A stretch of DNA of 64,000 bases. Source: Candidatus Uhrbacteria bacterium CG10_big_fil_rev_8_21_14_0_10_48_16. Lineage in GTDB: Bacteria > Patescibacteriota > Patescibacteriia > UBA9934 > GWF2-40-263. Every line of letters begins with the position of its first letter. Positions within the stretch are counted from its first letter, which is position 1. Of this stretch, positions 20,091 to 30,091 are shown piece after piece. The stretch spans positions 32,203-96,202 of the forward strand of contig PFEU01000018.1 in assembly GCA_002793515.1 (NCBI GenBank), in the 5' to 3' direction. The notes under the pieces were generated by a model that saw nothing but the letters and a program-made list of their open reading frames with translations, was not told the origin of the DNA and ran no database searches. A program made the translations under genes and the position numbers.

Positions 20091-21063
20091 GATTAATCTG
20101 TGTAATCTCATACCCGCCAAATCCCTGAACAATCCCATCCCTACTTAGAAGTTCAAGATTCCCTTGTGACAACGGCGTGAGTTGAATTTTGAGAATGATT
20201 GGATTTTCTGGATTAGCTAAAATTTTATAGCTCGCAAAAGCATTCTTCGCTTCTACCACCTGAACGGTGGTTTTCACCCCATCAACCAACAACGTATAGT
20301 CACCCCATTTTGGATTCGCTTCAAGCCGAGAAAGAGAATTACTTTCTAAAGCTGTTTCTTCCGTCACGCCTGTTTCTTCTTCTCCAGATTCTTCAGAGGA
20401 AGAAGGGAGAAATGGGGTGATGAATGATGAAACTGAATCCATAAACGACTCAACCTCATCTGTAACGGCTTCGACCTTCATGAGTGATTCATCAAACAAC
20501 CCGAGACTCACCGTGGTTGATCGCGTGTTAACAAGCTCATCGAAATGATTACGTGCCAACCAGATGAGCGATGACTCAACCACCCCACCCTCTCCAATGG
20601 GCCAAGCCGATGGAAGCATGAGCGTATCCGCACTCGCTAATACGTGGCTTGAAAGAGTTCCTTCAACGATTTCTTGTTCATAGGTCGGTTCAGGAGGTTC
20701 TGGAATCTCCAATCCAACAGGAGATTGAGCATAGAGTGCATCATACTCGGCTTTTTCTTGCTTTGAGGCCTCTGTCTCAACATCGGTTGCAATCGTCCAG
20801 GAGAGAGCAACTCGTTCTCCTGAAACCCACTCGACAATCATCACGTCTCGCACTTCTTCCTCTCCTCCAAACCACCCAACAAGCGTCCCTCCGACTCCCA
20901 ACACCGTTGGTCTCACCATCACATGTGACCCATTCGCAAGCGTAAGTGAGTTCGCCGCTTCCTCTGGACTCATGATCGAGACAGGAGTCGTAACACATCC
21001 TGAGCCTATAAAAACGAAGGCGAGAAATCCTGTTACGAACATCCATCTCGAATGGTGAAACAT
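20074..21063 (-). CDS. hypothetical lipoprotein
   Basis: N-terminal signal with lipobox-like IGSGC; acidic, low-complexity Ser/Glu-rich C-terminal half. Confidence 0.4.
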   Translation of the reverse strand: MFHHSRWMFVTGFLAFVFIGSGCVTTPVSIMSPEEAANSLTLANGSHVMVRPTVLGVGGTLVGWFGGEEEVRDVMIVEWVSGERVALSWTIATDVETEASKQEKAEYDALYAQSPVGLEIPEPPEPTYEQEIVEGTLSSHVLASADTLMLPSAWPIGEGGVVESSLIWLARNHFDELVNTRSTTVSLGLFDESLMKVEAVTDEVESFMDSVSSFITPFLPSSSEESGEEETGVTEETALESNSLSRLEANPKWGDYTLLVDGVKTTVQVVEAKNAFASYKILANPENPIILKIQLTPLSQGNLELLSRDGIVQGFGGYEITQINQKTSE

Positions 21064-21072
21064 ATTGATTGT

Positions 21073-21342
21073 TTATTCTTCTGTTAATTCTTTTCCTTGT
21101 GCCCACGCACGAACCCGTTCCTCTGGAGCTGAACCACAGATAAACTGATCATTTTTTGAGTTGTAAAAATACGGAACCCCTCCACATCTGCCCTTATCGA
21201 CTCCTTCAAGTTGCTTGGCATGTTCTTCATTATGCCACGTCTCGAGCTTTGTAATCTCTATCCCTTCCTGTATGAGTGTATCAACAAGAGGCATCATATC
21301 ATGACAGTGCGGACATTCTTCTCCGTAGTAAAAAAACAGCAT
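21073..21342 (-). CDS. glutaredoxin/thioredoxin-fold protein (CPHC active site)
   Basis: MLFFYYGEECPHCHDM... about 90 aa thioredoxin fold; upstream track codons probably untranslated. Confidence 0.55.
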   Translation of the reverse strand: MLFFYYGEECPHCHDMMPLVDTLIQEGIEITKLETWHNEEHAKQLEGVDKGRCGGVPYFYNSKNDQFICGSAPEERVRAWAQGKELTEE

Positions 21343-21402
21343 AACGTGAGATGATAAGTAATAAAGTAGGATTAAATCCTTAATACCTGCTAGAATCTTA
21401 TC

Positions 21403-22005
21403 ATGCTCCAAAAGATTCTCACAGCCGTCCTGTTCGTAGCGATTCTTGGCTTGCTTGTTGCCCAGCGTTTTTTTTCGATTGAAACTCCCCTCCCCACTCG
21501 AATTACGGCCGTTCATGGTGAAAGCCTGTATCACATCGACGCACTCCTCGAACGAGGACAATCCATCACGACTTCTGATGAATACCTTTCCTTTTATATT
21601 GGAAGTGACACACAGATCTATATGGCACCTCGAACACGCATCGAGTTAGCAAGAACATACGAAAGCGAACTTGAACTTCGATTCACAAAAGGACGAATCG
21701 TTGTCGTCGCCGACTCGCATACGCCTGTAACGATCAAGACAAACCATACACATCATCGGGTTTACCAAGACTCAGCATCCTTTATCAACTATGACTTTCT
21801 CGAGACGATCCACATCATCCCCCTAACGGGATACATCCAGACAACCATCGATTCCACTGGAGAGAGCCTTCTTACTCCTGAAGCCCTGTCCATCCACGAA
21901 ACAGATCCTGTCACCGTCGAGACGATTCAAGTAAACCTCCTCGCTGGAGATGCAACAGATTTCTATCAATGGACCGAAATCTTTCCAGACTTGATTACTC
22001 AATAA
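21403..22005 (+). CDS. hypothetical membrane-anchored protein
   Basis: N-terminal TM helix, no recognisable domain. Confidence 0.35.
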   Translation: MLQKILTAVLFVAILGLLVAQRFFSIETPLPTRITAVHGESLYHIDALLERGQSITTSDEYLSFYIGSDTQIYMAPRTRIELARTYESELELRFTKGRIVVVADSHTPVTIKTNHTHHRVYQDSASFINYDFLETIHIIPLTGYIQTTIDSTGESLLTPEALSIHETDPVTVETIQVNLLAGDATDFYQWTEIFPDLITQ

Positions 22006-23074
22006 TCCCCCCACCTAACACTTTCTCTCCAGCATACAAAACAATCGACTGTCCTGGAGTGACCGCGCGCTGAGGCTCATGAAATGTCACCTCGATTTGA
22101 TCATCAGAAAGTGACGTAATGGTGCATTCCTGAGAGGTTTGTCGATAGCGGATGCGAGCAAGACACGCGTACGGAGCCGTTGGTTTTTCAAACCAGTTCA
22201 ACTGAGAAGCCGTAAGGCTTTTTTTGAATAGTGCGGGATGATAATTACTTGAAACGACGAGCTCATTTGTCTCCACACGTTTCTCAACGACATAATAAGG
22301 CGTCCCTCCCCCAATCCCGAGTCCTTGGCGCTGACCAAACGTGTAGAACGCAAGACCCTCATGGGTCCCAATAACCTCTCCATCAACAGTCACCACGTTT
22401 CCAGGATTTTTTGGGAGACGTTCCTGCAAAAAGGTGCGCATATCAACTTCTCCCACAAAACAGATTCCTGTTGAATCCTTTTTGTCTGCGACCTCTAACC
22501 CGTGTTCTTTGGCCTTCTTTCTGACCTCAGACTTCTCCATCTCTCCGATCGGGAAGAGCACACGTGAAACAACCTCAGGGTTCATGGCCCAAAGAAAATA
22601 GCTCTGGTCCTTGTTGGTATCTAGACCGGTGTACAGCATCCCGTCGATTGAACGTGCGTAATGGCCGGTTGCCACGAAGTCACATTTCAATCGATCTGCT
22701 TCTTTCATGAATCGATCAAACTTAATGTACTTATTGCACATCACATCTGGGTTCGGTGTTCGTCCTGCCTCAAATTCGCGAAACATACTTTCCACAACAT
22801 CCCGTCGATATTCTTCTTCAAAATCAAATGTGACAAACGGGATTCCCAGCTTTGCTGCCACACGTGCCGCATCTCGACGTTCTTCCTTCCATCCACACTC
22901 TTTAAATTCCTCTCCGACCTGTTCCTCATCGGTTGATCGAGGTCCGCAAACGGATCCTGACCAATTCTTCATAAATGCCCCAATGACCTCATACCCCTGC
23001 TCAATCAAAAGAATGGCAGACACACTTGAGTCCACCCCTCCTGACATTCCGAGTAAGACTTTTTGCTTGTTCAC
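21995..23074 (-). CDS. mnmA: tRNA-specific 2-thiouridylase
   Basis: PP-loop LGMSGGVDSSV, catalytic cysteines, C-terminal barrel. Confidence 0.85.
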   Translation of the reverse strand: MNKQKVLLGMSGGVDSSVSAILLIEQGYEVIGAFMKNWSGSVCGPRSTDEEQVGEEFKECGWKEERRDAARVAAKLGIPFVTFDFEEEYRRDVVESMFREFEAGRTPNPDVMCNKYIKFDRFMKEADRLKCDFVATGHYARSIDGMLYTGLDTNKDQSYFLWAMNPEVVSRVLFPIGEMEKSEVRKKAKEHGLEVADKKDSTGICFVGEVDMRTFLQERLPKNPGNVVTVDGEVIGTHEGLAFYTFGQRQGLGIGGGTPYYVVEKRVETNELVVSSNYHPALFKKSLTASQLNWFEKPTAPYACLARIRYRQTSQECTITSLSDDQIEVTFHEPQRAVTPGQSIVLYAGEKVLGGGIIE

Positions 23075-23085
23075 AGAGATCGAAC

Positions 23086-24393
23086 CTACCTGATATCCTC
23101 AAATTTGCCAACATCCTCACGTAAGATAAAAAAATCTGTGAACTGGAGTTTTTCGTTATATTTCTGCAACAGATCAGAATACTGAAAGATCGGAACAAGC
23201 GTATGCCCATGAATGGTTTTCTTCTTTACATAGATCTTTTGCGCTTTCTCTGGACCTTCTCCTAAATGCGTTAGTTCTTTTTGAATCGTGTGGGTAAACC
23301 ACCGAACCCCGTTCGCATCACATAACTGCTTTAGCTCCTCAAGCGTCTTTTGATCCTCTTCTACAACCATGTCATGGAGGCGCAAGAGACGTCTTGCTGT
23401 AAGACGTCGCATGAGATGGACCGACCAGTAATGTTGATCGTTTCGTGAAGCCTCAAACAATTGCTCAATGACCGCCCCATCATGAAGGGCCGTATAGGCA
23501 TAGGGGTCCGTTGGAATAACCAGATTGATTTCCTTTTGGATAATGGCTTGCTCAAGATAGTGTGTGAAGCCTGCTTTTGTCTTATGGCAATACACTTGAT
23601 CGATCATGTGATATCGCGCAAGAAGCAAATCTTCAAAGGCACGAACTCCGTTCTCAGAAATTGTGAATACAAGCTCATCCTCACGCTCCTCAACTCCCAT
23701 ACTTGAAATAAGCCAGTCGATATCATACTGCCCATACGCCACCCCACAGTAATAGCTATCGCGAAGAAGGTAATCCATTCGATCGCAATCCACTTCTCCA
23801 GACACCAGCCCTTTCAAAACTTTTTGTAGACTTGGAACTTTTTCGCTCCGTGCGTTTAGCCACGCGGAGGGCTTGGCATCTGCATGAACCAGCGAACAAA
23901 TATCTTGTGCCATCTCTTCTGAGAGGATCCCTTCCTTTGCGAGCGTTTGAATCAAAAGAACACTGTAATCCTCATGCACAGCCTGACGATTCTCTGGAGT
24001 TCCTCGCCACCACGTCCAATTGATCGGAAGGGTCTCGAGTTTTGGAAAGACAATTTCTGACGCATGAGAAAAGGGTCCGTGCCCAATATCATGAAGAAGT
24101 CCCGCAAGCCGAACACGTGTACGAAGTTCGTTAAGCTCATCTGAACTCAAACGTTCTCGAAAAATATTCGAACTACTCGTTATGCGACCAAACAATCTTC
24201 CCGCCACATGCATCGCCCCAAGGGCATGCGTAAAACGATCATGGAGGGCTCCTGGATAGACATACGATTGGATGAACCCTAGTTGAGAAATAAAGCGTAA
24301 TCTCTGAAAAAACGGATGATCAATGATCTTCCGTTCAAAGGCATCAAATGAAATTCGTTTATGAATGGGGTCTCGAAGTTCGTAGGAGCTCAT
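23086..24393 (-). CDS. HD-domain phosphohydrolase (dNTP triphosphohydrolase-like)
   Basis: HD motif (RFTHALGAMHVAG...LLHDIGHGPFSH). Confidence 0.7.
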   Translation of the reverse strand: MSSYELRDPIHKRISFDAFERKIIDHPFFQRLRFISQLGFIQSYVYPGALHDRFTHALGAMHVAGRLFGRITSSSNIFRERLSSDELNELRTRVRLAGLLHDIGHGPFSHASEIVFPKLETLPINWTWWRGTPENRQAVHEDYSVLLIQTLAKEGILSEEMAQDICSLVHADAKPSAWLNARSEKVPSLQKVLKGLVSGEVDCDRMDYLLRDSYYCGVAYGQYDIDWLISSMGVEEREDELVFTISENGVRAFEDLLLARYHMIDQVYCHKTKAGFTHYLEQAIIQKEINLVIPTDPYAYTALHDGAVIEQLFEASRNDQHYWSVHLMRRLTARRLLRLHDMVVEEDQKTLEELKQLCDANGVRWFTHTIQKELTHLGEGPEKAQKIYVKKKTIHGHTLVPIFQYSDLLQKYNEKLQFTDFFILREDVGKFEDIR

Positions 24394-24399
24394 AGATCC

Positions 24400-25197
24400 C
24401 TAGCTTAGCAGGAGGATCGCCATACCGACAACTATCCGAAACACCGATAACTCCGCAAAACTATAACGCTTCAGAAAAACAAGAAGAAATCTCACGGTGA
24501 GGTAAGCACTGATCATCGCAACCATGAACCCCACAAGGAGTGGCATCGCCTCGATCACCTGTTCTCCACGTGCCACACTCCCGAGTTTCAAAAAGCCTGC
24601 GGCAGCAATAGTTGGAATGGCTAATAAAAACGAAAACCGAGCAGCGGTCTCACGAGAAAGTCCCGTTGCAAGCCCCGCGGTGATGGTTATTCCTGAACGT
24701 GAGGTTCCAGGGATAAGTGCGATGACTTGAGCAAGACCAATCATAATCGCACGCTTTAACCCAACATCTTGTGGTCGATCCTTTTTTGTTTTGGCGTATC
24801 GGTCAACAAGATACAAAACAACTCCCCACACAATAAACGACCACGCAACAACGGTCGCAGAACGAAATTCAACCTCAAGAATATTCTGCACAAGATAGCC
24901 GATCGCCATGACAGGAATGGTCGCAAGAACGATCCAGACCGCAAGTTTACGCCAAGCAACCGATGCGTGATCCTTTGCTGGAACAAGAAGCGCGAGACTC
25001 ATCGCCTTCACCTCTGGCCACAGAGCCACAACAATGGCCAAAAGGGACGCAATGTGAAGAAAGGCATCAAACGCAAGACTTTGCACCTGCCAACCGAAAA
25101 ATTCGGGAATCAAAATCAAAAAGCCTGAACTTGAAATGGGAAGAAACTCGGTAATCCCTTGAACCAATCCCAAAATGACCGCTTGAAAAATAGTCAT
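24400..25197 (-). CDS. uppP: undecaprenyl-diphosphatase
   Basis: GITEFLPISSSGFL and PGTSRSG BacA motifs. Confidence 0.85.
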   Translation of the reverse strand: MTIFQAVILGLVQGITEFLPISSSGFLILIPEFFGWQVQSLAFDAFLHIASLLAIVVALWPEVKAMSLALLVPAKDHASVAWRKLAVWIVLATIPVMAIGYLVQNILEVEFRSATVVAWSFIVWGVVLYLVDRYAKTKKDRPQDVGLKRAIMIGLAQVIALIPGTSRSGITITAGLATGLSRETAARFSFLLAIPTIAAAGFLKLGSVARGEQVIEAMPLLVGFMVAMISAYLTVRFLLVFLKRYSFAELSVFRIVVGMAILLLS

Positions 25198-25200
25198 AGT

Positions 25201-27438
25201 TTACTCAAAACGAATGGTTTGCCCTGTCTTTAAACTTCCTGATTGCGTTGTGGGTTTTGACTCCTGCGGTGCTGGAGCTGATTCCCTAACCGGTTGTTTT
25301 GGGGTCACGACTGGTGCCGGGCGATCAGAGGGTGATTTCGAGACTATAGGGCGTTGTGATCCAACAGATGGTTCTGGTGTCGTCCTGGCCGGGGCTGTTG
25401 TTCCTGTTTGCGCAGACGTAACCCCTCTTGAAGCATCAGGTGATTTTCGTTTCCGTTTGCGCTTGCGTTTCGTTGGATCCGATGATGTCTGAGACGGACC
25501 CGAGGGATCTGGACGTGTCTCCCCTCTTCTCTTTGCTCGAATCTTCTCAAGACAGTTCTGACAAAATAGGGGTCTTGATGGATCAAGCTTTACTCCAGCA
25601 CTAAACAGCGTGGCGCAATCAGAGCAGGTATATTCGTACGAATCTTTTTGTTTCTCTGTTGTGACTGACGGAACAGGAACAGGTTCCTTCCGTTCTTGTT
25701 TGACTGGTACAGGAATCGGCTCTGGGTCCAGAATGCGCTCAACAATAACGGTCGGCTCTCCCTCAACCGCTGGTTCGACACGAACTTCTTCCCTTGTCTC
25801 CCTTTCCGGTTTCACTAACGAACCAAGACTAATGGAAGGTTCATCAGGAAGTCGTTCGATGCTTGCTCCTTCTGACGGGCTCGGTGATTTCTCAACCTGT
25901 TTCGTTTCAGCACGACTTGCTCCACTCCGATCTGATGTTTTCCCCTTTTTCCCTTTACGTTCCTCTCGAACAATCGTAATACAATCATCACAATAGATAG
26001 GCCGAGATCGATCCAGTTCCACAGGAAGAACCACTTCCGTGTTACATCGCGTACAGTTATATTCAAACCTTGGTTTTCCGCCTGATGCTTGCGTGCTTGC
26101 CTGTTTCTTTTGTTCCGCGACCTTCATCATCTCATCCACATCCGCATTCGCCATCCCACTCCAAACAAGAATCTTGTCTTCAATCGCAGAACGTGGTTGA
26201 GCATACCGTTCTCGAGAGATCTTAATGACTTTTTGTGCTGAATTTGTGATCTGCGCAATAGGAGGAAGAGTGATGGCCGAAAATGGTTGGCTTGTCACCC
26301 CATCGATCAACAGCTTGATGTAGATATTATATTTTGGCAGGTTGATAATGTCCTCTGGGGTAAATCGTGGCATGAACTCTGCCTCCATAAACATGGCGTC
26401 CGGTGAACCTACACGAAACGTAATCATGGTTCCTACGTTTCCAAATACGGCATCACGTACCGGCTCTGTGAGCTGGGCAATATACTGGTGCGCCATAGTC
26501 AAACACAGACGATACTTTCGTGCCTCAGACAAAATACTGGCAAATGACTCAACCGCAAAGTTTTGAAATTCGTCGACGTAGAGGTAAAAATCCAATCGCT
26601 GATCTTCAGGAATATCCACACGTTCCATGGCAGCAAGTTGAATTTTCGTAATGACCAATCCACCCAACAACCGCGAATTATCCTCTCCAATACGACCTTT
26701 TGAAAGGTTAATAATGAAAATCTTTTCGGTATCCATGATCTCACGGATATTGATCGTTGATTTCACCTGCGCCACGATATTTCGAATCACTCCTGCAGAC
26801 AAGAACTGACCGATCTTATTTTGAATGGCCGCCGTTGCTTCGGTCGCATACTTTTCTGTCCAACTTGCAAACTCTGTCACCCAAAACTGTTTCACCACAG
26901 GATCCTTCACATTTCCCACCATCCGCTTTCGATATTCTGCATCCGACATCATGCGATTAATTCCAAGCATGGTCTGACCCTGGTTATCCAAAAGGGCCAA
27001 CAACGTATTGTTGAGAATGTACTCCATTCGACTAGACCACATGTTCTCCCAAATTTTTGCGAAGACCGCCATCATTCCCGATGCCACAAGATGCTTATGG
27101 CGCTCATCTACCGCCTCGAGAATATTGAATCCAACCGGATATTCAAGGTCAGCCGGGTTGAAATACACCACATCATTTAACCGCCAACTTGGGATGAAAT
27201 CGATCAATTTTTCAGCGGTGTCTCCATGTGGATCCACATAACAACACCCATGCCCTGCGTAGATATCAGACAGCGTAAGATTTTCAAGCAGAACACTCTT
27301 TCCCATACCTGTCTTTCCAATCACATACATGTGACGGCGTCGGTCGTCCGTTTTGATTCCAAACTTCGTCATCTGATTTCGGAAGTTTGTTTTCGCGAAG
27401 TAATTTACTTCGTTCTCGTGATCATGATTATATGACAT
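25201..27438 (-). CDS. TraD/VirD4-like (type IV coupling protein family) P-loop ATPase with two C-terminal zinc-ribbon repeats and a basic low-complexity tail
   Basis: Walker A YVIGKTGMGKS, Walker B LYVDEFQNF, ...HQY...; two CxxC...CxxC modules (CTRCNTE...CDDC; CSDCAT...CQNC); K/R/P/S-rich tail. Confidence 0.6.
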   Translation of the reverse strand: MSYNHDHENEVNYFAKTNFRNQMTKFGIKTDDRRRHMYVIGKTGMGKSVLLENLTLSDIYAGHGCCYVDPHGDTAEKLIDFIPSWRLNDVVYFNPADLEYPVGFNILEAVDERHKHLVASGMMAVFAKIWENMWSSRMEYILNNTLLALLDNQGQTMLGINRMMSDAEYRKRMVGNVKDPVVKQFWVTEFASWTEKYATEATAAIQNKIGQFLSAGVIRNIVAQVKSTINIREIMDTEKIFIINLSKGRIGEDNSRLLGGLVITKIQLAAMERVDIPEDQRLDFYLYVDEFQNFAVESFASILSEARKYRLCLTMAHQYIAQLTEPVRDAVFGNVGTMITFRVGSPDAMFMEAEFMPRFTPEDIINLPKYNIYIKLLIDGVTSQPFSAITLPPIAQITNSAQKVIKISRERYAQPRSAIEDKILVWSGMANADVDEMMKVAEQKKQASTQASGGKPRFEYNCTRCNTEVVLPVELDRSRPIYCDDCITIVREERKGKKGKTSDRSGASRAETKQVEKSPSPSEGASIERLPDEPSISLGSLVKPERETREEVRVEPAVEGEPTVIVERILDPEPIPVPVKQERKEPVPVPSVTTEKQKDSYEYTCSDCATLFSAGVKLDPSRPLFCQNCLEKIRAKRRGETRPDPSGPSQTSSDPTKRKRKRKRKSPDASRGVTSAQTGTTAPARTTPEPSVGSQRPIVSKSPSDRPAPVVTPKQPVRESAPAPQESKPTTQSGSLKTGQTIRFE

Positions 27439-27446
27439 GTGAATAT

Positions 27447-29189
27447 CTAGATAGGTAAATTTGGAGGGACGCTCTCTGAATCCTCTTCGGAACGTCCTTC
27501 TGAAATAGATGGTTCCACTAATCCCTGGAGCGGATCTATGTCTTCGTGCGGAGATAGCTCTTGTTCTTCTTCGACGTACCTTTCTCGCTCATCTTCAATC
27601 GTTGAAACATGTTGTTTAATCGGAGAATGAATGCGTGGAAGCGATTTTACCTGTTGCTCATCAGAAAGAGGCGCAAACGCAATCCCTGGAGGCACAAATA
27701 ACCCATCGTCTAGATCGTGAATCCCTTGATCGATCGGCATTCCCTGAGCCGCTTCTTCTCTCGCACGCCCCATACCGGACAATGTCTCTTCCAAAAAGGT
27801 AATCGGCAAGCCTGTCGGTGGTTCGGCACGTTTGGATTCGCTCTTTTTCACAAGTGGAGCCTTCATCGTAATCGTTGGGAAGTGCCACAGCGTCGCAAGT
27901 TCTTCCACATTCAAAAACACAGGAGTTGCTCCAACCCCCCAACTTCGATTCTGATACGCACTCATGAGCCGATGTTGTTTTTTTGTATACACCCAGCGCA
28001 TCCAGAAATAATCATCCTTCGGAACCTGAGGAATATAGAGCGTAAACTTATTGAAGTTCAAATGGGAATATGCACTAAACACTCCTTTCACAATGGCCGT
28101 TCGTTCTACTTTTACAAACGCATTCTTCTGCGCAACATATAACACACGGACCTTCACTCCATGACCCACCTTTGTTGCTTTTGTGAGAATGGCTTCAGCT
28201 TCATCTTTTTGTGGCAACGTAATCTTAAACGCTTTCCATGGATCATCTTCTCCTGCAGGAACGTTTGTTCCAAGAAGGTTGCTTAAATCGATTCCCGTTG
28301 CATGCTCTAACAATCCTGCAGGCCAAGAAACCGTTGAATTGAGTGTTCCAAGAAACGCACTCTGTTTCGGCTTATCCTCATCTCCATACACCTTCCGAAC
28401 ATAATCAACGCTTTTCTTTTGCCAGTCATTACTTGATGGTTGGACCAAAAACTGAATCCAGAAATGTTCTCCTGCACGCATTTTAGCGAGCTGTTCAAGC
28501 GTAAGTCCCAACGGATCTTTAATTTCCTGAGTCATTCGATCCTCAAAATCAACATATGTCCGAATAGGAAACATCTGGTTTTTATCAAGAGTCACCTCTG
28601 CTCCCCACATTTCGTGTGTGTCGTTTGGAAACTCGTTTGGAAACTTATTCGCATAATCTTCCACCTCTGAAATTTCAGCTTCAGGGTAATGCGCATAAAT
28701 TCCTGCTTCAACCACATCTCGAAATCGCGTCTGGGTTCGAACCAAAAACTGAATATACCCTTCCGTAGAAACAATCTCGAATGAGAATACCGGGTGAAGC
28801 TTTCCGTAAATCCAATGCTCCTTCCAGGTAATGGTCGACTTCGCTGCATACAAAGAAGCAAAGAGATTCTCCAACGCTTTTGGCGTCTGTTCTGTCATGC
28901 TTGGAACATCAATTGCGAGAATCGTGAATTTCAATTTCCCAACAAAAATTCCACGACGGTAGTTTAACCACATTTCTCGAAACCCCCATCCGAGCGTAAG
29001 CGCAATTGGAATCCACCCAAACCAAATGAGCAGATCAAAAAGAATGAGATCAATCGGTTGAGCAAAGAACGAGACGTTACCTGAAACCGTCTCAGTTGCT
29101 TGGCTTACGATGGGGATGGCAAGCAAAGGTAGCATAAAGATAAACCCATTGTAGCAAAAAACTGGGTTCTCACCCAGTCTTTTATTCAC
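27447..29189 (-). CDS. membrane protein of unknown function, partner of the TraD-like ATPase
   Basis: Three N-terminal TM helices then a large soluble domain and acidic C-terminus; 9-nt gap to the ATPase gene, suggesting an operon. Confidence 0.4.
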   Translation of the reverse strand: MNKRLGENPVFCYNGFIFMLPLLAIPIVSQATETVSGNVSFFAQPIDLILFDLLIWFGWIPIALTLGWGFREMWLNYRRGIFVGKLKFTILAIDVPSMTEQTPKALENLFASLYAAKSTITWKEHWIYGKLHPVFSFEIVSTEGYIQFLVRTQTRFRDVVEAGIYAHYPEAEISEVEDYANKFPNEFPNDTHEMWGAEVTLDKNQMFPIRTYVDFEDRMTQEIKDPLGLTLEQLAKMRAGEHFWIQFLVQPSSNDWQKKSVDYVRKVYGDEDKPKQSAFLGTLNSTVSWPAGLLEHATGIDLSNLLGTNVPAGEDDPWKAFKITLPQKDEAEAILTKATKVGHGVKVRVLYVAQKNAFVKVERTAIVKGVFSAYSHLNFNKFTLYIPQVPKDDYFWMRWVYTKKQHRLMSAYQNRSWGVGATPVFLNVEELATLWHFPTITMKAPLVKKSESKRAEPPTGLPITFLEETLSGMGRAREEAAQGMPIDQGIHDLDDGLFVPPGIAFAPLSDEQQVKSLPRIHSPIKQHVSTIEDERERYVEEEQELSPHEDIDPLQGLVEPSISEGRSEEDSESVPPNLPI

Positions 29190-29199
29190 CCCCTCCTCG

Positions 29200-30090
29200 T
29201 TACTTTTTCTTTCGCAATTCCCAAGCTACTAAGAGTGGGCTCGCAAGAAAAATAGATGAGTAGGTTCCCACACCGATTCCGATCATAAGGGCACAGGCAA
29301 ACGGACGTGTACTGTCTCCCCCAAAAAGGAAGATGGCGAGTAATGCAAGAATGGTTGTCAAACTTGTGTTTATAGATCGCGTGATCGTTTGTTCAATACT
29401 GACCTCAACCGTTTCTTCAAACGTATCCCCCACACGCTTCAACAAGTTTTCTCGTGTTCGATCAAAGACCACCACGGTATCGTTAATGGAGTACCCGAGA
29501 ATCGTCAAAATAGCAGCCACAAACGCGGTTCCGATCTCCCATCCATAAACATATCCGAGAACGGAAAAGGCTCCCACGGTAATAACGACGTCATGAAACG
29601 CCGCAAAAATCGTTAAGAATCCATATTTCCACGAGGCAACAGGCTCTGTCACTTTTCGGAATGCCCAAGCAATATACAACCCGATTAAGAGAAGCGTCAC
29701 AACAATCCCCGTTGTAGCCGTTCGTCGAAGCTCTTCCCCAACAACCGGCCCGATCGAGTCAAAACGAAGTTCCTCCACTTCCCCAATCTGTCCTTCAAGA
29801 GCGGTAAGAAGTGTTTGGTGTTCTTCTTCTGTAAGATCTTCTGTGCGAATAATGAGACCTTGTTCACCACTGGCTTGAATGCTCAAGTTTGTGTAGCCCA
29901 CGTCTGCCATGGACACCCGAACTTCCTCGGCTTGAACAGGTTGTTGCACTTCAACCTCCAAAAGACTTCCTCCAGTGAAATCAATTCCGAAGCGTAATCC
30001 AATGAATGCCACAGCGAGAATGCTCGAGAGCACCAAAACTCCTGAAAGGACAAACCACGTATTTCGATTAGCAATAATATTGATCTTCAT
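29200..30090 (-). CDS. secF: protein translocase subunit SecF
   Basis: SecF TM architecture and motifs; follows secD. Confidence 0.85.
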   Translation of the reverse strand: MKINIIANRNTWFVLSGVLVLSSILAVAFIGLRFGIDFTGGSLLEVEVQQPVQAEEVRVSMADVGYTNLSIQASGEQGLIIRTEDLTEEEHQTLLTALEGQIGEVEELRFDSIGPVVGEELRRTATTGIVVTLLLIGLYIAWAFRKVTEPVASWKYGFLTIFAAFHDVVITVGAFSVLGYVYGWEIGTAFVAAILTILGYSINDTVVVFDRTRENLLKRVGDTFEETVEVSIEQTITRSINTSLTTILALLAIFLFGGDSTRPFACALMIGIGVGTYSSIFLASPLLVAWELRKKK

Positions 30091-30091
30091 A

